Below, in pieces: positions 24,695 through 36,600 of a stretch of 64,000 nucleotides of DNA. The notes beneath the pieces were generated by a model that worked only from the letters and a program-made list of their open reading frames with translations, was not told the DNA's origin and made no database searches. The number at the start of each line of letters is the position of its first letter. The first letter of the stretch is position 1. The stretch is from the NCBI GenBank assembly GCA_001949185.1, contig BDGG01000017.1, positions 558,001 through 622,000 on the forward strand, read 5' to 3'. The stretch is from Ramazzottius varieornatus. Taxonomy: Eukaryota > Animalia > Tardigrada. The position numbers and the translations under genes are program-made.

Positions 24695-25767
24695 TTACTG
24701 TCCAAAGATCATTTGTGGTCGAATGTTGAGAAAGTCCAGCATCATCAGCACCACCACCGCGCTGAGTGCAAAGCACTCCAGAAGCGCGAAGGCCTGTCAA
24801 CGTCAAAAGAAACAGAGAGTGGTGGTGGTGTTATGTCCGACATGTGAGGTTCATATCTTTACCCCGCTGGCCTTCCATGCTCCGTAGTTGGGGCTGGTCA
24901 AGCCGTTTAGAGAAAAAATGTTGTCCCCATCGGCGTCCCGACAGTTGTCCAGCATAACCGAGGCCGATATCAGAAGAAGCAGGGCCCAGAAGGCCGCCAT
25001 AGCTGTCAACTACAGATCAAGTCGTTGGCAACTTGCATGATAGGCAACTCTGTTTGGGACCTACTCGGAAAACCTGAGAAGATCGTTTTCCCAAGAGGCG
25101 CACGCTTCTACCCGATAACACTGGCAGAGTGTGCCACTTGAGGAAACAATCTTGTCGAGGATATCGCGTGGCGCACGCTTCCAGCCAACAGCACCGGTAA
25201 CGTGCGCTACTTGGGCGAACAATCGTCTTCAGTTCGTTTGCCGAGCTCCCAGGTATAAGCCGCTGCTTTGTTGTAAGCTTCATGACCCTACTTACAATGA
25301 ACTTCATTGTCCTGGTGGGGACGGTGATGAAGCGTCGATTTTGCAGAATAATCAGCATGAGGAGGAGTGAGAACATGAAGAAGGAAGTGATGGTTGTCAG
25401 TTCGTGGAATGCTAGCCATTCGGTCGTGATCCCTCCCCAGTTGCGCTTGCCGGCTTCCACCGAGATCAAGGCTATGATGGAACAGATCTACAAAGAATAT
25501 AGGGGGGTTTTGTAACGTAGCGTCTGGTTATGTGACAGATGACGTAAAGGAAAGAGCACTTGAAGACAAAACAAACAATGGTTGTGTTACAGGCCTTACG
25601 AGAGCCAAGGTAGTCAGGATTCCGGGAAGGCTGATGAAAAAGCTGGGTGCTTTGGGTTGGGGGGTGATGGCTGGCGGGATACCGGAAGTTGATCGGATGA
25701 CGTTGACCGTCGTCCCTGGGCCCGAAGTGCCGTTGGAGCTGGGATACGTGCCGTCCGACATCATCAT
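24695..25767 (-). CDS. MARVEL-domain four-TM protein (CMTM/plasmolipin-like)
   Basis: Four exons join in phase: PSFFISLPGILTTLAL|ICSIIALISV...FHELTTITSFFMFSLLLMLII...|LTAMAAFWALLLLISASVML...GAWKASG|AFALLECFALSAVVVLMML. Confidence 0.75.
25055..25250. repeat. GTGGCGCAC palindromic element (two units) in MARVEL intron 25010-25295
   Basis: Two N25 units; ends TTTGCCGAGCTCCC. Confidence 0.85.
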
Positions 25768-27469
25768 CCTCTCAAATCATTCAGCGGCCAGCACAACTGG
25801 CAAGTTTCTTCTTTGAAGAACTCCGGGACGCCAGCCTCAGATGACAAGTGTGTTCCAAACAAGTCGATAATTACAACGTCTGCATCGAGGTTTAATTTCC
25901 AAAGAAATGTTGCCTATTGATGCAGCGTAGGTTGAGAGTAGAGAAGGGCGTTATGATCCAACGTAGTTTATGCAGTCTTGCACAGTGGCTTTCTTGACAG
26001 TTTACCCGTGTCATGGGGGAGAAATGAAAACGATCGATGGGCAGGTGAGAGTGGATAGTTTATTCACGTGAGGCACATTTGCCTCAAATGTCACTTTGGC
26101 TCTACATCAGCAGGAGAGAACAGGGGAATAAAGTCGAGGTTCCAGCCAGCGCCAGTGTGGTGAGAATATCTGGTTAGCCTGTTAGCTAACAAGAGTTGCC
26201 TCTAGCTCGTTAAACATTGGAGGGTATATACGCGTATCCGCGTGTACACCGTACATCAGTTGAGATGGATGGAATGCATATTTGCATGCATGGCTCAGAC
26301 ATTGATCGATCGGCACTTTTTGCAGTAATTACGCCAGGTATGTAGGCCCGTTACGTCTTTGTGTGCATGGCTCGGACGTAGGGATCGCAGCACAGAAGTA
26401 TAGCTTTGGCGCAGACCTTGATGAGACTTTAAATTGCTGAGGACGGTCAAAGCTTCGAGGTACTTGGAGGCGAGATTTTGCTAATCCATTAACGGCCAAA
26501 CATTTGCTGCATGCATGTGCTATGTAGGAGCACAATCGTTGGTTTATTTAGATACAAAATATTACATCTGTTAGTTAAACTTGAAGACGCCGAGTTACGT
26601 GCTGACTCAGCACTTTCCGCAGAATACTAAGCTGATGGACCGAATGAAGGGCCCAGGTTATCAGTCAGATCAAACACAGGAACAGCCGTACGTACAGGCG
26701 GAAGCTTGACCAATATCCGTCCCAGTATGCTTGAAGGCGGAAACGCCGGTAATGACAGGTGGCGCACGCAGAGCTGTGCAGCTCCGCGCTCTTTTCATAA
26801 AACGACAAAAGAAATACAGCAGCGGTTGGGATCGAACGGGTCTCCAAAGTTGACCACGCTAGTTTGGTTTGGTTTGGTCTGGCTAAAACACCATAAACCG
26901 TCTACCTGCATGCTGTAGGCCTGATGCAGTGTTGAATTGATCACTTAGCTCGGTCACGAACTGTAGCTGTCCTGCGTCGCCGCTTTCACCAGCCATACAA
27001 TATAGAGGGGAAATGAAGTGATTTATCGTGTCATATTAGCCGCTGATAATGGTGCCTTTGGGGCCCGTAATGACGAGATGATGTGCGGCATCGATGGGAT
27101 GCGGCCAACCTCAATGTACCACATATATATATATATATACTAAGGAGCCCGATAGGACATTCATATCTTTCGCCGAACAAATCCCATCTTCCTTTCTTAA
27201 TGCAATCAAAGCAGCTAGCCGTGCTAATGCATGGCACCTGCATGATGTGATTAGTGCCCTCCTCATATATCCTTACTACAGCCTTTAGATCTGTTTTCCG
27301 GGGTTGAATTAGATTGTGTCACTGCCTCCACTTCGCTGCCTTACCAGCAATGATGCATCCAGGCTGAGACATGACCTGAGCTGACTACCGACGTTGTCAT
27401 CCATCTTTGAGCGCTTTGCCCATCCACCGGACAAGAGTTCTTCATCGACGCACTGTGTTTTTGGGCAGC

Positions 27470-30400
27470 ATGGAAATACGCTGTTCCCCCTTAGATTTAC
27501 TCATTTTTGTCTGCACTTTCATCTATAGCTTGTCCCTTTGGGCATGTGAGAATACGACCAGTACTACCGAGGAACCCACAAGCTTCAACCTGACGGCAAA
27601 CGGTAAGTTAACCAGTGACTTAATGAGTGGCGTTGACTTCCTCCTGAACAATTACAAGAACAAAGTGGATAGTTGGACTGGACTTTTTGCGATATGATGT
27701 GCTACAGGTAGTGTGCCCATCCACGCGGCCTTCGTGCCCAACGTATCGGCCTTCCAGACGGTGGTGGGCGCCGCCACTCAAGACAGCCTGCCTGAGGTGA
27801 TACGTGTTAGGGCGGGTATAGTGCTGACCAGCGGCACCACCAACCCCTACGACTATGACCTGCTGGCGCCCGCCCTGGATGTGGCTTTTGCCCGGGCCCA
27901 ACAAGTCTACAATGTCTTCTTTGAGGTTCACCTCTACCTCTATGAAGTCTCCCTCTCCTCGGCCCTTAGTCCCGATGCTAAATTAGGAAGGACCCAAGGC
28001 TGTTGGATGTGGAACGCTACCGGCCAAGCCGCCATGGCCTTCAACGCCTCCATGGACGTCATGATCGGGCCGGCCTGTACCGACGACATGCGAGCAGCTA
28101 ACGAACTGCGTAAGGAAACACTCTTGCTCCCCTATCTTGTAGCAGTCAGGGGCTCGTTGAAGCTCTATAATTGATTTAGACGTCCATTTTGCAGTGACGT
28201 ATTTTGCCATGCCCAGTGTAACCGGTGGCGGTAATTTAGTGGATAGCACATCGGGCTACCCCTACTTGACCCGTTGCTCCTTCAACACACTGGGCATTTG
28301 GATGTTCCTCCTAGATTTTACCAAGCGTCATGGCTGGATTAACATTGTCCTCATCTACGACAGTGACTCCAACGACATTGCCACCGAGACCCAAAGTTTG
28401 ATCACTGTCAATCAGTCATCTGGCCCCTCTTTGTGCGGCTGTACCACTGCTTAATCGTCATTGTTTAATGGGACAGGTCTGAGGAGCTTGCTGAAAGAGC
28501 GAGGAATGATGGTATACGACACTCCAATCAATGCCACACATTTCGACAATTTCGACTCTGTTCCCACCGTACTACGCGACGGCTCTCGTAATGGAAGAGG
28601 TAGGACGATGCCTTGGTCCTCCTCCACTCATTTCTCTAATCTGCCCTCTGAAATGGCCCATAGTCTTCATCATCCTGCTGAGCGGTCAGCTATTCCGCTA
28701 TTTCCTGACGACGGCATATCGTATCGGCATGGGCGATGGCGAGTTTGTCTTCATCTCGCTGGACCTCTTCCATGAGCAGGTTCTGGGAAGTCTGGCCAGC
28801 TGGCAACAACGTAAGCCACTGACCCAATGTCCTCCCATCGTCTATTCTTTACACCTGTATATCTTGCAGGTGACGGCTACGACGACGAAGCCAAGAAAGC
28901 CTACAGCCATCTCTTGGTTCTCAGCTTGAAGAACACCTCCAGCAGCGCCACCCATCAGCAGTTTGTTAAAGATGTTCACAGCTCTATCGACGCTAGGCGG
29001 CGCTACAACGAAGCAGCGCCCCCTCTCTACCCAACCGTCAATTATTATATGGGTAAAGACATTTGGTCGTGTGTGAAAAAAGATACACGTGTAAGATAAT
29101 TACATGTATGGCAGCTCAGCAAACAAACTTGGTCAGATTATTAGTCCAAGGCATGCTATCAGCCAATTACTCTATGTTGTTGAGTAATTGGCCGATAGCA
29201 TGCACCACTTGGCAAACTGGACAAGATCGCTTTCCCCAAGTGGCGCACACTTCCAGTGTGATTCACGAAAGGTGTGCGCCACTTGGGGAAAGTATTTCGG
29301 TATGCTTGCTTATCGGGCTGTCACGTGTGCGGTGAGTTTCTGTTGCAGGTGCCTTTCACGATGTGGTTGTCATGTTGGGTCGAGCTATTCGTCAAGCCAT
29401 CGATGACGGGGTGGAGATGTGGCCGCGCACCTACAAGTACCGATCGGGCGAGGTCAGCGAGACCAGCCGCAACCTGGCCAACAACATTACTCAGCGCCTG
29501 CGCAACGTCAGCTTCCAAGGTGTCAGCGGGACGGTCTATATGGACAGCGACGGCGATCGAGTGCAGGATATGACCATCTATTACATGCTGGATACCGGCA
29601 GCGGAAGCTTCGCTGTAGGTGTACTTCATTAACCGTACAAACCAGCCTGTTATAGAAGAGGCTTTGCATTCGTAGCCGGTAGCCGAATTTAGCGGCGAGC
29701 TGGGACGATACCGGCTAGTGGCCAGTATCCCATGGCGAACCAGTGATGGTCAAGTGCCACTCAACGAACCGCTGTGCGGGTACAACCATGACAAGTGCGC
29801 CGATCTAGGTAATTGCGCGTCCGTTTGGGGACTCTTGGTATGGTATGAAGGGACGGTGGTAAGCATTAGTGCCTTTTGTGTAGTCACTGTTCCGACCGTC
29901 ATTACGGTACTAGTGGCCTTGTTGATCTTGGCCGGTCTGGTGGCGGCCATCGTTTTCTGGCGAAAGGCTCGCCGAGAGGCCCGCTTGGCCAACAGCGGCT
30001 GGGTCATTGAATGGGAAGACATTCAGCTGGACAAGCGCTGGCAAGGTGGCTCGCGTCTTTCGATGCAGAGCTCCTACTCCCTTAACAGCTCGCGACGAAC
30101 CCTGTCGGTGCCTTCCCTGCAAGAGTCGCCTGCTGTCACCGCTGTAACGCTGGAGGCACGCAGCACCCGCAAAGGCCGCCATGGACAGCCGCCGCCCAGC
30201 TCCCAGCACTTGCTCTTTGGCAGCTGGAAGGGCATCCCTGTCATGCTCAGGCTGTGTGAGAAGAACCGCCTCATTGATGAGTGGGATAACCAAGTTATCG
30301 AAGAGATGCGGCTGGTGCGAGCCTTGAACAACGACAACCTCCTCAAAGTGTATGGAGCCGTCATCGAACCCGCCCACTTGTCCATCGTCAATGAATACTG

Positions 30401-32851
30401 CTCCAAAGGCACTCTACAGGTTCAGTACACATTCCTTCTCGTAACACCAGCACACTCAACCATATTGTTGTCCTCACTGGCGCACTGTTCCACTGTGTTT
30501 GGCTGGGTACGTGCGCCGCTTGGAAGCTCGACAAGATCCTTTTCCCAAGCGCCGAACTTTGCCACTGTTATTGGCTGGAAGCGTGCGCCACCTGGGGAAA
30601 ACTCTTTGTATCGGCGAGTGTCTGTGTCGATCTCGTATTTCTGGTCTTATTGAATCTGTCTGTTGACTGCAGGATGTGCTTTTGGGAGGAAGCATCAAAC
30701 TGGAATGGCTCTTCCGTTTCTCCTTGATTAATGATATAGTCAGCGGCATCAGCTACCTGCATACTACGGTACTGACTTACCATGGCCGCCTAAGTTCGGC
30801 CTGCTGCTACGTCAATGGTCAGTCGTTCCAACCGCAATCTGAGAGAGGTTGGGGACTATGTTGAAGACTTTGGGTTTGCTGTAGGGAAGTTCGTATTGAA
30901 GATCGGGGATTACGGCTTGCCCATCTTCTATGCCAAATCGCGGCCATCGACCGCTGGTCGCGAACCGACCAACGAGGAGATGAAAGCTCAGTACTACACA
31001 GCACCGGAAGTGCTGCAGTATCCCAGTCAGAAGGGTTCACAGGAAGGCGACGTTTATGCCTTTGCCATCATCCTGCAGGAAGTCATCCTGAGGGAAGAAG
31101 CTTACTCCATGTACTCCTTCGACCCCAAAGGTACCTTACTTGCGCTGCCTGCATGGCTCTTCCTCAATACCCATCTACCATCAACTTGTTGACTGACTGT
31201 GTGGGCAGAAATTTTGTGGCGGGTGAGAAAGACCGACGACTTTCGGCCCAAGATTGATGCCAAAGAACAGCCAGAGTGTCCCGATAGCCTGCTTGCCCTG
31301 ATGGAGCAGTGCTGGGCCAGGAACCCGCTGGAGCGACCTCGCTTTCCACAGATCAAGCTGTCCTTGCGACAAATTACCAAGTGAGCTCGCTCTATCTTCC
31401 CATTGTGTAATAGTGAAGTAGGCCCGTCCCACTAATGCACATTGGACTAGGGGAGACGTTGACAAGAGCAATATTGTCGACCTGCTGATTCAACGGATGG
31501 AGACGTACGCTACCGACCTAGAGGGCGTGGCCCAGGAGAAGACCCGCGCATTCCTGGAGGAAAAGAAGAAGGCCGACGAGTGCGCTCAGTTTTTATCTGA
31601 GTGCCTTCACACTTAGCACAAAATCAGACTTCCCTTCTGTCTGTTGGCAGGTTGCTGAACCAAATATTGCCACCGTAAGGACAGAGTTGTCGACGAAGCG
31701 GAGTGGTGGTAGCAAAGTGATGTTGTGGTGTTCAACAGGATGGTGGCGGAGAAGTTGAAGAAAGGGCAGGTTATTCCACCGGAAGTCTTCAAGAGTACTA
31801 CAATATTTTTTAGTGATATTGTGGGTTTTGCGGCACTATCCATGGAGAGTTCGCCCATGGAGATTGTGGACTTCCTCAATGACCTCTGTATGGTCTGGCC
31901 CTTCTCTCTGTCCATCGCTGCTCACCATAGCTTACTTGACTTTCCCTGACGAAATGACTTTGGCCTTTAGATTCGCTCTTCGATGCCACCATACCCAAGT
32001 TCGACGTCTACAAGGTACAGGATATGACGCTGTACAGCGTAGTGATACATGTTACCTGTAGCGTTAGCTAGCTATCGTCACCATTTTTGTGTCTGTTGTG
32101 TTGCTTTATGTACTACAGAAAGGAAAATCCTGTGGAGAAGCAGTCGATACATAATGAGCGTGTCACTTTGCAGGTTGAAACCATCCACGATTCATACATG
32201 GTTAGAATTTTAATCCATGGTTCAGTCGGGTAGACCACCAGTCGATATAGTACCTCAGCTGACTATAATTATAATGACTTTGCACGTGCGGGTGGCCTCG
32301 GGACTTCCGACGCGCAACGGCTTGAATCACGCCAAGGAGCAAGGCAATCTGGCCTTGACGCTGATGGAGCTGATCCGCACCTTCAAGATTCGCCATCGTC
32401 CCGGAGAAATTGCCCAACTGCGAATCGGCATGAACTCGGGTATGTACAACAGTTGCGCCGTCGCGCCACGCGTTGATAGATTTACGGTTTGGTTATTGGT
32501 TGCAGGGTCGGTGGTTGCCAGTGTCATCGGTTTGGCAGTTCCTCGCTACTGTCTGTAAGCTCATAATTATTGCCTATTTACGGCCACATGATTTACGGCC
32601 GCAGGGGCCTCCCTCAGCTGAAAGTTTGGTATATGGGCAGGTTTGGGGATACTGTCAACACAGCTAGCAGGATGGAGAGTACCGGTGAAGGGCTGAAGAT
32701 TCAAGTCAGCCCGACAACCAAGCAATTGCTGGACAGCTTTGGCACCTTCCATTTGGAGGAACGCGGCATGATTGCCGTCAAGGGCAAGGGACAAATTCGC
32801 ACCTACTGGCTTCTCTCCGGCGAAATTGGCAAAGACGACCCCCCACCCTAG
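27470..32851 (+). CDS. Receptor (ANPR-like) guanylyl cyclase 1
   Basis: Signal peptide, ANF-receptor ectodomain (IGPACTDD), TM, kinase-homology domain ([25 protein letters not shown]), coiled coil, cyclase domain ([34 protein letters not shown]). One acceptor reads CGG at 32289-32291. Confidence 0.92.
29111..29319. repeat. GTGGCGCAC palindromic element in cyclase 1 intron 29053-29348
   Basis: TTTCCCCAAGTGGCGCAC-N25-GTGCGCCACTTGGGGAAA, plus a second rearranged hairpin. Confidence 0.85.
30462..30616. repeat. GTGGCGCAC palindromic element (two units) in cyclase 1 intron 30420-30672
   Basis: Two N25 units with the spacer in reverse orientation. Confidence 0.8.
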
Positions 32852-33190
32852 CATCTCCTCTACCGCTATCCATCTCTACGTGTGGCGCTACATCGACGCA
32901 CCGCAAAGAATGTCAAAGAAAGAGGACAATTAACCAGTCTCATTGGTGATAACAACAGTCGCTGGATGATGCTAATTACCGCTACTTACTGTATCGATTT
33001 GAAGGTGTGCAGCTTCTTTGAGTATTCTATGGGATTTGCCGATTTCGGAGTACGTACCACACATATTAAGTGTAGATGATCAAATCAAGAAACGTCCACT
33101 CTGACGGGTGAAAACGCCTGTTGGCTCATTAACACCTGGTCTCCACAGGCCCACACAGACACAAATCCTGCCTAAGACTGTGGCGTCATC

Positions 33191-33369
33191 CAATGCTGGC
33201 AAAAATACGATAAAATGCGATGACGATATAAGGCAATATCATATAGAGCTCTCCGATATGCTTTCGATATCACTGCGATATATTACCTTATCTCGACAAT
33301 GACGTCTCGCAGCGATATCGATATTATATTTCGATAGGATACAATGATATCTTACTTTTGCTAGCGCCA
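33191..33369. mobile_element. CGATAT-rich non-autonomous element, copy 1
   Basis: Imperfect TIRs CAATGCTGGCAAAAATAC...CTTACTTTTGCTAGCG with many CGATA/TATCG words. A related inverted copy lies at 34864-35520. Confidence 0.5.
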
Positions 33370-33668
33370 GAACTTGCATCCTCGGATATTATATGGTAGG
33401 TGGGTCGTGGCCTGCATCGACCTGCTAGCGGGAGGTACGAAGAGACTTGTCTCTGGGGATGGAAGCAGTACAGACAGGAGCAACAGGGAAGGGGGTTTAC
33501 ACTCCATCATCCGCCTAAACGGTTATATATCCTTGGGCATTCACCGCCTGACTAGTCATTTACAGCTTCGTTCACCACATCATGTCAGACAATTTCCGCC
33601 ATCGTCGTAACCTTTGTGGCTTATTTGCAATGACCAGCTCGGTTGAAGATGGCCTAACTTGAAAAGGC

Positions 33669-36600
33669 ATGATGCGGTGTCAAACCGTGACGCCGTTACC
33701 TTCTCTAGTCTTTTACTGGGTACTAGGCAATCTGTGGATAAGCACCTCTGCTTCGCAGCCCGTTGCGGACTCTAGCACGGTGCCCGACATGTACAGCGGG
33801 CAGATCCGAATCAAAGCTGCTGTTTTATTGACCAGTGGAAGTGACCTGGCCTTTGACTATTACAACTTGGCGCCGGTGATCGACTTGGCGCTCCAACGAG
33901 TATTACAAGACTACGATGTCTCCATCGAGCTGCAGCTGGCATTGTACCAGGGCCAGTGTAATGTCTCCCAAGCCGTGGGCCAAGCCGTCCAGGCCATTAT
34001 TGCCAATGTTGACCTCATCATCGGACCGGCCTGTACACCCGACATGATCGCCGTCAGCCAAATCACCACTTATTACAAACTGAGCCTCCTCACTGGCGCC
34101 GGCAGCTTAACCGATAGTACCGGTAGGCAACGTCCGCTTTGCCCTTCAATCTCCTTTACCAATATTTCCCTTCTATCAATAGATGACCTTCTGGTCCGCC
34201 TAGCTAGGTTTCAACTTTATGCAGGTACTTTTGGCTGTCGTAGACGCATTTCCGTGGACAACGAGAGCATCGTACAATACCTACAGTCAGTGGTTATTCT
34301 TCGTGACCATGGCTGCTCGCTACAACTGGCGAACCGTCGCAGTGATTTACGACCGCGACGACGACAACAACCTCACTAATGCCAAAAGTAAGCAAACTCA
34401 TGACCCATCTTTCGTTCGCACGGAACGCCAATTTGGCTCTTTGTGCCGTCGCCTTGATGTGTGTCTGACCTGGTCTCCCAGGGTGTATTTTGTTGAAGAG
34501 TCAATTAAAGAAGACACAGCTAAGCTACATAAAATAAGCCGTTTAGCTGCGACCAAGAACGGTTAAACTGCACATCTTATAGTGGCTTTGCTGTGCCTTC
34601 TACTAAGCCAATGCGTAGGAGGAATCATCGTTAATCGGGTCTACAAAATTACTATGTCGCAGTGGAGGTGGCTTTTGATCTCTATCCCCTATTGACAGGT
34701 TTGATCCGGCATTTACTAGACAAGAATTTCAAAGCAGTGGAAATGGCCTTCAAGGGCGCGGATTATACGGGATTCAGGTCGGCGGAAGACATCCTGTCCG
34801 ATCTCATGATGCAAGCACGAAGTAAGCCGGTCTTCTAACTTGGTCACATGCTCAAATGGGGCCCAGTGCTGGCAAAAGTAACACGTTATTTCTTGACTTC
34901 CTTCACGAGCAAGGGCCTGTGAGTAGAGGATATAAAAGGGAGCGAGTGCGGAAGTGACGAGTAAAGGGCGTTTAAACCAGTGGCGCACTGAACTACCGAG
35001 TTGTGCTGGTAACAACAAAGATGCACGTGTGACATAGGCAGATGTAGGCAGCCGCGCGCAAAACTGATGGACAAGAGTCGAAACATTACTACCTTGTAGG
35101 GTAAACTATCAGAAAACAAGAGTGGAAGGGTGGGAAATCGAATCTATAAAGATCCGTTCAGCACAACGAAAAGAACAAACTAAAGTTGACTGTCGAAGGA
35201 GATGTTGCAACGAGCACAGAGTACAGCGCAGCCTTCAAACTGGAGGAGTGGTCAGAGCGACTGACCATTGGTCAGTAGAACGAAGGCTGCGAGGGAAGAG
35301 AGGACAGTGGGTAGTAAAATTAATGCTAGGACTTCCCTCGTGAAATCCTTCCTATTTGTCCCGATATCGTATCGAATAATATACCAATGCGATCCGATAA
35401 AAAGAAAATATCTCTAATCGAAATATCGATGTGGCAGAGGTATCGCAAAGTGCTGTACGATATTGGAAAATTTATGGAAAAATATCGTATCGTACTTTCA
35501 TCGTATTTCTTCCAGCACTGCAAATTCAAACAGGGAACGTACATTCATTACGGACGAAAGATCAAAGGCGCCTACTTCAGCCACCCTCAAAGGAAATCAA
35601 TGAATGCCGCTTTTATCCATTCGTTTTAGCGTGTTATACGTAATAAATGAAAGTTGTTAGTTACCATATGAGAAACTACAGCATGGAAAGTGAATCCCCA
35701 CTCCGCTACTCGTGCGGTTTTTTGATTAGTTTGCTGGCTTGTGGGCTACACAAGGTCTGTTGCAGTTTTGTGCACACAACTAATAATCGAAAACTTGCAC
35801 GAGTAGGCAGAACTTTCTACATTGTAGAAAAGTAGTGTTTATATCTTTCGGAACATACTTATAAAATGCCTAATTTATATTATTGTATCTGAATATCAGC
35901 TTCCCATTTGTTTAGTATTCGATTTGGCAATACAGTAATTGGAATGGTTATCGACAGTTGCAGTGATATTGACGACATCGGTGCGCGTCCGCCAGATGAT
36001 GCTGCAAGCACAACGGATGGGTCTGAACAAGGGCGATTACGCCTTTTTCGTGCTGGACCTGTTCCACGGCGAGTTCAACTTGGACAACGATGTGGGCAGT
36101 CAGCGTGGTTGGAAGCAGAACGACATGTTCGACCAGGAAGCCTTCTCGGCCTACCGTCTTCTCTCTGCGCTGGCCCTCAAGACTTCCAAGTACAGCCCCG
36201 CCTACCAGGCCTTTGAACGACGTGTCCGGCAGAAAGCCCACATCCCGCTTTATGGCCGGCCCTTGGATGTCAACTACTACAGCCTATCCTTTTACGACGC
36301 CATCTGCATGTACGCCATGGCTCTCAATGTCACGGCCCAGCAAAACGTCTCCGTCAACCATAACGAAGCTTATGGCTCGGCCGGCATCGAAACCATCATT
36401 CGACACCTTTCTAACATGACCTTTGCCGGTACGTCCATCTTCTAGCCTATATCCATCACACCTTTTATTGGCGTCTTCAGCTTTGTCACATGAACTTTGC
36501 CTGGGAAATATACTGCGGGCTCGCAGAAACTTTCTGCACGTACGGCACGCGGTCATTTCCGTGGTTTTTTCTTGCGGTACCATGCTGCAAACACTGTTCC

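Noticed and set aside
26757-26790. Solitary CAGGTGGCGCAC here and CCAGTGGCGCAC near 34977
   Set aside because: Half-sites only, without a clear partner arm or termini, so they were not counted as elements.
27947-27998. Possible small intron with a missing base in the cyclase 1 ectodomain
   Set aside because: The frame is open through the region, so it cannot be distinguished from a simple 17-residue insertion.
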